Shown: positions 24,120 through 34,591 of the stretch, piece by piece
Layout of the letters: each line of letters begins with the position of its first letter
How positions within the stretch are numbered: the stretch's first letter is position 1
Assembly (NCBI GenBank): GCA_013239625.1
Contig: MU054117.1
Coordinates: 4,987,514 to 5,051,513 of the forward strand
Length of the DNA stretch: 64,000 nucleotides
Source: Lama guanicoe
Lineage: Eukaryota
Direction: 5' to 3'
Program-made: the position numbers and the translations under genes
Notes under the pieces: model-generated
Databases searched by the model: none
What the model was told of the DNA's origin: nothing
Seen by the model: only the letters and a program-made list of their open reading frames with translations

Positions 24120-26590
24120 GAGTTGGGAGATGTAAGGTGATAATTATGTCTCACAGTTAAAATTATCCTTGAAAATCCCTTGCCCCATCTATTAGGTACA
24201 GTGTATGTTAGTTTTGTACAAAATATGTGTCAGTACACATACAATGATGCACAAAATAAGATTTTATATTGTTTTAATTAAAGAGAAAGAAGAAAGCAAA
24301 TTCAAAAGAAAGGTATGAATCTGAAGACCTGTCATCCACCCAACCTTGATATTCTTGTGACAATAAAATCGTGACATCATGACTGTGGATACTGCCATGA
24401 TGAATATTAGTGCAGGAAGGCTTAAGAGACAGTGAGCCTAATCCATGGCCAACTCAGTTCACCTGGAGACCCTGTACCTACTCAGCTGCTGGTGGTTTGA
24501 AATCTTGAACTCCTCAAACATTGTTGGTAATAGCTCAAATAGTCCACAATGCTACAAGTAATTTTAACTTCTCACTTTTTTATTGTGATGTATATAGAGT
24601 ACACTAATCTTAAATTGCTCAGTGAATTTTACAGATTTACATGCAACAAAAAGACCAAGAACATTTCCAGCATCCCAAAGGGCCCCTTCTTGTGCTGACA
24701 CTACACCCCCAAAGTAACTCCTATCTGACTTCTATGCTATAGATTAGCTTTGCCTCTTCTTCAAGTTCATGCAAATGAAACAATACCATATGTATTATTT
24801 GTATTCTTCTGTGACTGACCTGTTTTACTCAACATGTCCATGAGAGTCATTCCTTTCTTTGCACGAAATGGTAGCTCATTATTTCCATTGTTCACAGTAT
24901 TCCACTGTATGGATACACCACAACTTACGTCTTCCACTGTTGGACATTTGAGTTGGCTCCATTTTTAGTTACAGAGAAAGCTACTATGTACAGTATCAGT
25001 CTTTTGGCGAACCTAGGCACTCATTTTTGTTGGGTGCATACTTACGTGCAGAATTGCTGGGTTATAAGCAATTACAATGTATAGATTTAACCACATGTAA
25101 TTTCTAGGGTTCTCACCATGGAGGGATTTTATTCAGAAATTAAACCATTCAGGTATGTTGCAGCATGGAACACTTCAACAAGTTTATGAAGATTTGAACT
25201 CTTGTCTTTCTGTCTTTCCTTCATCTTCTGGGGGTGATTTGATCAGTTCTTCAGCTTTTCATTAGTGCTTCTCTGTGCCTCTCCAGAAGTTCTTCAATTT
25301 CTTCTGCAAAGCCATCACTATTCATTTCCTATGCCACTTGAACAGTGAGTTTCACTTCTTTGTCAATATAAAACCTTTAAAATCCTAAACATGTTCTTGC
25401 CAACATGCCAGGACTATTTTAGGCTTGATTGTTTCCATGCCTGCTTCATATAAAGGATGCAACTGGCCATACTGGAGAACTTTCAACTCTTCCAGCTCAT
25501 TACCACATTTAGATTAGGGTCAGCATTCACGGCTCTGCAAGTCGAGGAGGAATCTTAGCCTCACGCATGTGGCTTTGAAACAGCAATTCACGCTGAAATC
25601 AGCAGAGTGAAGAAGGGTGATGGTGGGGGAGGAAGACTTCAATGTCTTCATCAACACACTCATTAAGTCTGTGGTACCTCACTGTGATGCCGCAGCCTGT
25701 GAGCGGCAACACCAAAGCCGAGGCCTTTCTCTCCAAGGACCTACTGGGCTTCTAGAACGTAAACTATAAAACCGAATCAGGAAAAGTGCTGCAGCCACCC
25801 AGGACTTCGCATTTGGCTGACAGAGTACAGCAGATTTTTTTAAGGGCACTGGCATTTGTATCTCTGCAGACCATGTCTGGCTTTATTAAACACAGTACTA
25901 CATTGCCGCCAAGAGAGGAGAGAGAGATGGTCACAAGGTCATTAGCTGCTTTCAAACCAGGGCCTTGTGTTTCTAGCTTGGAAATATAAAAGCAGTTGGG
26001 CATCCCCCTGCCCCCAAGATACTAGCCCCCTTAGATTCTGGAAGATAACTCTGGCCAATAATTACTTTTAGTAGCTCTGGGTGGGTTTTGCTGCCTGTTC
26101 CTTAACAGATACAACCTCATCAACAGTTTGAACGTTTTTGAGGTTGAAGTGGTTTCTAAAACTGTTATGACATCCTTCGCTGGTTTTGAAATCCTTCCAT
26201 CCCAAACCTGACTTCTCTGGCAGGAGGTGTGAACTGTGACTTGAGACCAATAGCTTTTCTCTTTCCTTTTTTGCCCCATATGGCCATTGTTAGGCACATA
26301 CTTCTTCTTCATAATCCAGGCATAAGTTTAGTGCTCTTTCAGTCCTCATTAATGATTTATCAGATGTAATTTGCTGTCACTGTAACAGTTATAGGAGAAC
26401 TTGACGACCTGGCTTCACAAATTTGTTGAATCTTCATTGTACATGTGACTTCCCAAGGTCATATTCATGTGCCACGTTGGAGATGGACATACTGCCCCTT
26501 GGTGTGTAAGCTAGTTTTCCTTCCAGCATGTAGCGTCAAATGAAATGGTTAGACTGCCTTCAGAAGGGTCGTATTATGCGGTAAAAAGGC
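24120..26590 (-). mobile_element. Decayed Tigger (TcMar/pogo) DNA transposon with transposase remnants
   Basis: Minus-strand peptide relics appear in the expected order: FKTSEGCHNSFRNHFNLKNV (CENP-B-type HTH), PGLKAANDLVTI...GGNVV..IKP...NASALK (DDE domain), IKPKIVLACW...DFKGF (~25440-25370) and DGFAEEIEELLERHRE. Many stops and frameshifts. Boundaries are approximate. Confidence 0.8.
24575..25085 (-). mobile_element. Old L1M 3' fragment within the span of the Tigger element
   Basis: Typical antisense L1M 3'UTR phrases: CATTTCCAGCATCCC, TATAGATTAGCTTTGCCT, TGTTGGACATTTGAGTTG, GAATTGCTGGGT. Confidence 0.7.
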
Positions 26591-26989
26591 ATCTTAAAAC
26601 TGGAATCTAATTTAAAAGGCAAAACACTAGCACCGCAGTCAGCCTCCCAAGAGACACACTGGAGCCAGAACTGGGGCCAAGAGAACAGAGTCCAGTCTCT
26701 CGTCTCATGCTCGCGTGGAACCGTGGCTGGCGACCTTCTGCCCTATTTAATCTGAGAATCGTTGTGTTCAAGTTAAGTGTGCCTATGATGAAACTCCATC
26801 ACACCTCATTTAATCCGCACAACAGACAGCCCCATTTTTACAGATTCGTAAACTGAGGCTCAGAAAGATTAAACAACTCGTCCAAGACTAAAGCTGGTAA
26901 AAGGCAGTGGCAGGATTCAAAAAAGGACACTGCGCCAAACCCAAGAGTGGTGACGAAACGGGGACTGCAGAACACGCTGCCCAAACCAG

Positions 26990-27320
26990 ATGAGCCGCCC
27001 CCCGCTGCTGCCCGGGCGCCGGTTACGTAACCGCGGCGGGCGGCGGGCGGGGGCGGCTCCCCCGGCGGGGGCGGGCGCGTGTGCCGACACCTGCGCAGGC
27101 GCGGCGGCCTGGCGGCGGAGTGGCTCGCGCGCCCCCCAGCGGCCGCAGCCTGGCCTCCGCCCCGCCCGCCGGGAGGGCCACCCCTGGGCTGCGGCTCTGG
27201 CTGCCGCCCCCGCCAACCTCTTTCCGGCGCCGGCGTTTGCGTCTGGAACATTCTGCACCGGAACAAAGGCCCAAGGGCGGAAGCGAGGGCCTTTGAGGGG
27301 TGGCTGTAGCCCCGGGTTCC
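26990..27320. promoter_or_regulatory. Orphan CpG island with promoter-type motifs
   Basis: Very CpG-rich. It carries the palindrome CGGTTACGTAACCG at 27020-27033, an NRF1-like TGCGCAGGCGCG at 27092-27103 and several GGGCGG boxes. No adjacent coding exon was found. Confidence 0.7.
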
Positions 27321-27877
27321 AGAGGGGAGTGGAAGGAGTTGAGTGCTCTTGTAGATCCGCTCATCGAAAATAATACCCCACGGTTCTTTACATTTGAAGG
27401 GCTCCCTTCCTCCGTCTCTCAAAAACTTGTCCTTACTTCCCCATCTCCCTCTCCCTCCTGCTGGCACCGTTGTTCCGTCTAAGGACTCTGCTCCCGAGAG
27501 AATCTTTGTGTTCACCCGGGAGGAGGGAGGCCTGAAGCAAGAGACAGCCAGGCTGTTCTAGAAACTGCCGTGTGAAGGAGCTCGCCTGTTACGAACGCCA
27601 CTCCCTCTTAAACTCTGCCTACTTAGATCAGTCAGTCGTCAAGTCTTACTTGCCAGATCAAATGCCCTTTTGTTTATCCTTGCTGTTTTAAAGTAGTGAC
27701 TCAACTCTCTTTAGTTTTCCTCCTTTATGTCCTTCAGGGCCTCCACCCACTGGGGATCCCTGGCTTGTCCTCTGTTCACTCCTCATCTGTGGGTTCTCAG
27801 AGTGGAGAGAGGAAGTAAGGGCATTTTATCTATAAGAGCAAATCCAAATTGAGGGCAGAGTGTCATTAATTGCTTTT

Positions 27878-28028
27878 TTTTTCTGAATTTTGTGTTTTGT
27901 TTTGGTGGGGAGGTTATTAGGTTTACTTATTTATTTTAGTATTATTTTTAATGAAGGTACTGGGGATTGAACCCAGGACCTAGTGCATGCTAAGCATGTA
28001 CTCTACCACTGAGCTATGCCCTACCCCC
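27878..28028 (-). mobile_element. tRNA-Ala-derived SINE, antisense
   Basis: Reverse complement of the 21627 element. TSD TTAATTGCTTTT at 27866-27877 and 28029-28040. Confidence 0.9.
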
Positions 28029-28049
28029 TTAATTGCTTTTAAAAAGCAC

Positions 28050-29030
28050 ATTTAATATTCATTCAGCAAGTATTTCTTGAGCACTTTGTGGCATGCACTG
28101 GGCCAGGCAGTGGGAGGCAGAGCAAAACTGAAGGTCTGTTGGGGTTAGGAGAAGCCAACATAGAAGTAAAACGTATTTGTTGTCTGGAAGGGAACAAATT
28201 TTATGATACACAGATTCGTGTGTAAAGACAAATTGTGTTTGCTGCTATCAAGGAAAAGCAGGGGGTTCCTAATTCAGATTATTGGTCAGGAAAGGCCTTT
28301 CTGAGAAGGCCCTATTTAAGCTGAGGCCTAGAAGACCGCAGGAGTTTGTTAAGAGTTCCACGCAGAAGAGTACGTGACAGCCCCAAGGAGGAGGGAGCTG
28401 GCTGGTTTGAGGAACTGGCTGTGTGGCTGGAAGCCAGAAGCAAAGGTCGTGAGAGACCTGGCTGGGCTTTGCTTCTAGGCCTTGGTGAGGAGAAAGCATT
28501 TTATCCTAAGAGCAATGGGGAAAGCCTGAGGGGGTTTAAGTAGAAGTTTCTCTTTACATTTGATAAAGCTTACTGTAGCTGCTCCTGCAAGATAGTTGGA
28601 CGAGAGAGGGGGAGGGAAGGAATCAGGAAGACTGCTTTGGAGGCTAACACAGCCCTTCCGGGGAGCAATGCTAGAAGTCTGCGCCAGAGCAGTGTCACAG
28701 AAGATGGAGACAAGTGGATGGATTCAAGACCTATTTTGGAGATAGAATGGATCACACTTGGTAATAAATTCAATGGGGGCCAGGGGGGAAGGGTGTTTTT
28801 GAGGGAGAAAAAGTGAGAAGGATGACCCAGGCTTTCTGGTTGGAACATCTGAACGGTGATCTGTGGAGCACTGAAGAAGCAGAGTTAGAGGGAAAGATAC
28901 GGAATTTCTCTGGATATGTTAAGTTTGCGATGTCTCTGAGTTATATAAATGAAGAAGTAGGAGGTTAGCTATGACCCTGGGACTGAGAGAAGAGTTCTTG
29001 TGTGTAAATAGAAATTTGGGGTTCACTGAA
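28050..29030 (-). mobile_element. L2 LINE fragment
   Basis: Begins TTCATTCAGCAAGTATTTCTTGAGCAC, followed by purine-rich antisense L2 phrases (GGTCAGGAAAGGCCTTTCTGAGAAG, GATGGATTCAAGACCTATTTTGGAG). Confidence 0.75.
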
Positions 29031-29139
29031 ACATGCAGTGGTGTGCTGGAGCTGGCTCCAACGGGCTTGTGAGAGCTGGTGGTTAATTTTTCATGAATTC
29101 TGTGAGCCGGTTATTAAATGCAGTCATTTTTAAAAATTG

Positions 29140-29287
29140 AGGAGGGGAGGATATAGCTCAGTGGTAGCGTGCAGTGCTTAGCATGCACAAGGTCCTGGAT
29201 TCAATCCCAGGCACCTCCATTAATAAATAATAATAATAAATAAATGAATAAATAAACCAAATTACCTCCACCCCCCAAAAAAACCCT
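29140..29287 (+). mobile_element. tRNA-Ala-derived SINE inside MER63
   Basis: GGGGAGGATATAGCTCAGTGGTAG...GCTTAGCATGCACAAGGTCCTGGATTCAATCCC with an (AATA)n tail. Flanks TTAAAA(A)TTG on both sides. Confidence 0.9.
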
Positions 29288-29377
29288 TAAAATTGTATAA
29301 ACATAGCTTAAATAAATCATATTAAAAACAAAGGTTAACAAGCACTCACAACTCATCACTAGTGATTTTACTGCTGC

Positions 29378-29736
29378 TGTATCAGTTTGCTAAGACTGCC
29401 ATAACAAGATGCTAGGTAGTTTAAAGAACAGAAATGTATTTTCTCACAGTTCTGGAGGCAATCCAAGAGCAAGGCGTCAACAGGGTTGTTTTGTCTGAGG
29501 CCTCTGTCCTTAGCTTGCAGGCGACTGCCTTCTTCTGTGTCCTCACATGGTCTTTTTCTCTGTGTGTGCATTTCCTCCTCTTATACTGACACCAGGCAGG
29601 TTGAATTTGGGTCCACTGTAATGGCCTCACACAATCACCCCTTTTAAGGCTCTGTCCCCAGTACAGTCATGTTCTGAGGTATTGGGGGTTAGGGCTTCAA
29701 CAAACCACTTTTGGGGGATACACAAAGCCCATAACA
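29378..29736 (-). mobile_element. MLT1B-like MaLR solo LTR inside MER63
   Basis: TGTATCAGTTTGCTAAGACTGCCATAACAA...TTCTCACAGTTCTGGAGGC...GGGGGTTAGGGCTTCAACA...AGCCCATAACA matches the recalled MLT1B consensus end to end. Confidence 0.85.
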
Positions 29737-31319
29737 ATTAAGCCCATAACAATTTTACTATTACTATGTTTTTGAAATTATTTACCTCTATTGTGTTTCT
29801 ATGGTGGAAACACCACATTGTGAGTTGCTAGCTTGAAATCGACTATGGTGGGAGTATTTACACCAGAGAAATCAGTAAATGCTAAAAAGTAGGGCTTTTT
29901 GTTTTCCCTGGAGAGACTGGTTTCTAAATATTTACCAGCACATCACTGCCATCGATGTTATTTAGTCTTTAGAGTATAATCTGGATGTGAAAAATGGGAA
30001 ACACACATGAGCATGCACACATGCACACCCGTGCCTTTTGCTGAAGTGCTGCAAACTCTGGCTGGTAGAGATAACAAAGAAAGACTTCTGAGTGTCACTG
30101 GTTTGCAAGGAGAGGCCGATCAAGAGGCTTTCCACTGAGTGACAGAAACTGATCAAATGATATTAAAGGACATCTCATAAGGACGTTTATTATTTCACAT
30201 AAAAATAAATCCAAGGGCAGTGGGGTCTTCTAGTAAAGAAGGTTCTTTTCTCTTATGAGAAAGCAGCAGGAAGGAACTCTCTCTGCTGAATGTGAAAGGC
30301 TTCTCTTGGGTACCAGCTTGCCATCTGCAGCCATCACAGGACAGCAGGGAGACTCAGCCACAGGAGAAGGCAGTACTGTGGACAGCAGTCCTGGAAGACA
30401 CAGTGGAGGGGAAGGACCAGCCAAACTTCAGGCTCAGCTGTAGCTCCCTATTTCCAGTGGTCTAATGGATATCTCCACGTGGATTTCCCACTACCATTGC
30501 AATCTCAGTAATTCCCAAAGAAATCGATCATCTTCTGTAACTCCAAGCTCAAATCTTTCTATTCCCTTCAGTGCCAATATTATTTTCCCAGCAACCCTAG
30601 ACTCAGTCAAACTTTGGATATATTCATCTTCTTCATATCCTATGTCCATCCAGTTGCTGAGTCCTGTTGGACTTTCCTTTCCAACCCACCTCCTTATTCT
30701 AGGCCCTTATCATCCCCAGCTTCCTAATCTTTCTGCTTCTACCTTCAGTGAGTCATTATATATGTCAAAAATGTGTAGTTACTCTGCATTTTCTATTTTA
30801 AGAAGTTAAGAACTTAGCATCTTAAAATTTATTGAATTCCTCTACTTCTCTATCCAATAGACAGCCTATATATTCTATTATTAGAACTAATAAGATAGCA
30901 GGGTACATGATATATATAGAAAAATTAATAGTTATGACAGTGTGGTACTAGAGCAGAAATAGCTAGGCATATTATATATAGATCTCTACTTGATTGTGGG
31001 CTGGACTTAGTGTCTAGCTGCTAAAAATAGGATAAAGTGGAAGTGATGCATGTGATTTTGGAGAGTAAGTCATAAAAGACACAGTGACTTCCATCTTGGT
31101 CTCCTCTCTCTGAGGAATCCAGCTGCCGTACTTAAGGACACTTGGGCAGTCCTAGGGAGAAACCCATGTGCCAAGGAACAGCCCTGCCAACAGCCATGTC
31201 AGTGAACCATCTCGAGCCCTAGTCAAGCTTTCAAATAACTGTAGCCCCAGCTAAGATACTTTTAGATTCCTGATTCACAGAAACTGAGATAATAAATGTT
31301 GTTTTAAGCTACTAAATTT

Positions 31320-31685
31320 TTTTAAAACTAAAGTATAGTTGATTTACAATGTTTTGGCTGTACAGCAAAGTGACTGAGCTATATACACAGTGATTCTTTT
31401 TCAGAAAGATTATTTTCCATTATAGGTTATAGTCAAGACATTCACAATAGAGGAAGGGTATAGCTCAGTGGTAGAGTATGCACTTACCATGCACAAGGTC
31501 ATGGGTTCAATTCCCAGTACTGCCATTAAAAAATAAATGAATAAATACTTAATTACCCCACAAAAAAGAAAAAAAGTTATTGACTATAGTTCCCTGTACA
31601 ATACAGTAGGTCCTTGTTGTTTATTTATTTTATATATAATACTGTGTATTTGTTAATCCCAAATTCCTAATTTATCCTCCCTGCC
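31320..31685 (-). mobile_element. Artiodactyl-type L1 3' end, interrupted by a SINE and itself within an older MaLR-like LTR
   Basis: TTTTCCATTATAGGTTAT...TATAGTTCCCTGTACAATACAGTAGGTCCTTGTTGTT...TTAATCCCAAATTCCTAATTTATCC. Confidence 0.75.
31450..31575 (+). mobile_element. tRNA-Ala-derived SINE
   Basis: GGAAGGGTATAGCTCAGTGGTAGAG...ATGCACAAGGTCATGGGTTCAATTCCCAGTAC with an A-rich tail. Confidence 0.88.
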
Positions 31686-32139
31686 AAACTACTAAGTTTT
31701 GAGATAATTTGTTATCATCAATTAAGAACTGCATTTGGCTACAACATAGCTCCCCCAAATCTGGTGGCTTAATGAATTTTTCACTCTTAAATAAAATAAG
31801 TCTGGAAATAGGCAGTTCAGTGTTGGTATAACAGCTTCATGATATTTTCAGTGTCACAGCTGCTTCCTGCTTTTCTTCTGGCATCTTAGCATGTGGCTTA
31901 TATTCTCTGGGTCATCTCATGGCCCCATGTGGTTGCTGGAACTGTAGCCATCATATTTCTGTTTTAGGCAGGAAGTCAGAGAAAGGGGAGGACGAATAAG
32001 GAACATTCTAGAAGGTTCACACGATGACTTTCTCTAATATGTCATTGATCTATCAGCAGTGAATCGGGGCTGAGAAATATTTTTAGCTGGGTACAGTGTT
32101 GCCCCAATAATATGAAAGTTCTGTTAGCTCACAAATTAG

Positions 32140-32885
32140 AAGGCTATAAAAATTCAATTAAAAAATAAGCAAAGAGTTTAAATAGACAGTTCTCCAAAGA
32201 AGATACACAAATGGCCAATAAAAACATAAAAAGATGCTCAACATGTTTAGCCATCAGGAGAATGCAAATCAAAACCACAATGAAATAACACTTCACATCC
32301 ACTAGGATGGCTATAATCAGAAACAGGTAATAGCAAATGCTGGCCAGGATATGGAGAAACTAGAACCCTCTATCACTCCTGATGGAAATGGAAAGTGGGG
32401 CAGCCACTTTGGAAAACAGTTTGGTGTTCTTCAAAAGGTTAAGTATAGAGTCTCCATTTGATCCAGCACTTCCACTCCTTACAATTCCATTTGTAAGGAA
32501 AAAATTGCAATAAACTAAGTTGAAATATCTGAGGTCTGGTTCTCTCTGTAACAGATTTTTCAAATGAAAATAGTTTCTTCCTGGGGATTTGCATATGATA
32601 TTTTATTTCAGGCTCCTAGCAAAATGCCTGGTACATAGTAAGCACTCAATATATAGGGTTGAGCAAATGAACTAGTATGTTGACACTGTAAATATTTTAG
32701 AATGAAATCTCCACGTGCGAAGAATCATGTCTTCCTCTGGAATCCATTCATTATAGCATAGAATTCATTATTTTGATACGAAGTGTTATTTTTGTATTGA
32801 TACTAGTTGGGTATATAACCAAGAGAAATGAAAATATGAGGCCATACAAAAATTTGTACATGAGTGTTCATAGCAGCATTATTCA
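32140..32885 (+). mobile_element. L1M ORF2 3' fragments
   Basis: TCTCCAAAGAAGATACACAAATGGCCAATA...ATGCAAATCAAAACCACAATGA...CAGCCACTTTGGAAAACAG (32140-32480), resuming at ~32810 (GTTCATAGCAGCATTATTCATA). Confidence 0.85.
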
Positions 32886-33679
32886 TATATTTTTTCATTT
32901 TTATTTCACTTATTCTTTTTCATTATAGGCCATTATAAGGTATTGAATATAGTTCCCAGTGCTATATACAGTAGGACCTTGTTGTTTAGAGACTTAGTTT
33001 CCTCTTCTTCCAAATATCTATCTCACAGGATTGGAGTGGAAATTCAATATCATCTCACGCAATGTCTGGCACGAACTCTCCAGAAATATTTCTTGCACCT
33101 CAACGTCTCTTTTCCATCTCCTTTAACAAGTCACACAGGCTTGAGTGTCTGGGTGTGGCTGTATTAGTTCTTGCTGATTATTTATATAGAACAACGTCGG
33201 ATGAGTATTATTTTAGTGGGAACATGTTGGCTTTTCTCCCTTTATGTCCCACAGAAGGTTTGCATCAAACTAGTTGAGTATGTGAGGAGGATGGAAATGG
33301 TCCCAAACTGGGTTTAGCAGTCAATCCAGCGCTTCAGCACAGATTACACTCTTACTCGGCCCCTGACAGTCAGTATAGTTAAACCTATTTTACAGATGGA
33401 AAAGTGAAGTCTTATTTAAGTTAACAGTAAACTGCAGATCTGTCAAGACACCAACCACGGTCTTAAGATATATCCGGCCTGGGCTCCTTCCACTCCACCA
33501 AGCCACCTGCCAAAAGTCTACCTGAAAATAATTAATGGGTGGAACCTATGCGAGAGTGGGGGAGCCAGACCACTTACCTTGGTATTTCTTGCTCCTCTTC
33601 CTCACCTTTTGCTTCAAGAAATGAGTTTCTTCTGAATTCACAGTACTTCTGCATTGAGGATATCCGGTTCCTTTAAGGT

Positions 33680-33945
33680 TTCGGACGACGTAATGACTAG
33701 CCCCGCCCTTTATCCCCTCCCCTCAGCTCTTTGCTAAGCCCCGCCCACCGGCTTTTGCCCTGGGCCAATTACCGCGCCTCATCCGGGTTCCTGGGACTGG
33801 GAAATTGGGTTCGTAACCAGGCAACTACTGGTCCACAGGCTTCGCCGAGGATTTTCAGTTCAGCTATTCGCGGCTTTTCTCTCAGCGGTTGCCGGCCGCG
33901 GAGGCCAAGGGCTCGCCTCCCGCCCTGTTGCCATAACAGCAGCAC
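33680..33945 (+). promoter_or_regulatory. LRRC23 promoter with RFX X-box
   Basis: GC boxes, CCAAT at ~33765, X-box GTAACC-A-GGCAAC at 33813-33825, and a second GTTGCCAT half-site at 33927. Confidence 0.75.
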
Positions 33946-34591
33946 CCAGCGCCTCCTTCTCCCTTGCCCCTCTACCAAACAATCCTTCCCTCTGGGGCCA
34001 GGATCTCTCCAGAACAGCTTCTAGTTGAGCAGAACCAGGGTCTCCACCCCTTTGCAGGGTCTGCTCCTTTGCAAAGGAGAATTAATTGAGTGGGAGGGTT
34101 GGAGGCTGGGCGTCAGTCTGGTGTCCCACAAGGGACAAGGAAATGGTGCTGCGCGGGGTGGGAGAGGCAGAAGACAGGAGTGAAACAGTGGTTAGGGATG
34201 AGAGGGGAGGGGACAGATCGGTAAGCGAGATTGGAGAAGAACGTGGCTTAAGGCAGAAGTGGGAAGGACTAGGGAGAGGGGAGTCCAGGAAACTGGAGAC
34301 CGATTTACTGGAAGAGTGGGAGCCACTGAGAAGGGCAGGAAAGGTCTTGGGGGTCTGGGAAAGGGGTCCTTGGTGGGAAGTGGGAAGTGGAGGTTGAGAG
34401 TCAAAATGGGATGTTCATACGGATGAGGAAAGAAACATAGCTGGGAGGAGGTCATGGGTGATAGGGTGATGGGAGGAGTACCCATCAGTGGAGGTGAGGG
34501 AGTGGAGGCTTGGCGGACACTGAGAAGATCTTCTTTCTCAGGACGAGGACCTAGCTTGATCTGACTCCAGAACCTTCAGCAGGGAAGAAAA

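Larger units (their letters stand above)
29036..29948 (+). mobile_element. MER63-like hAT (Blackjack) DNA transposon with intact terminal inverted repeats
   Basis: TIRs CAGTGGTGTGCTGG (29036-29049) and CCAGCACATCACTG (29935-29948) match at 13/14 positions. The internal sequence matches MER63 as recalled. It is split by two later insertions. Confidence 0.85.
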
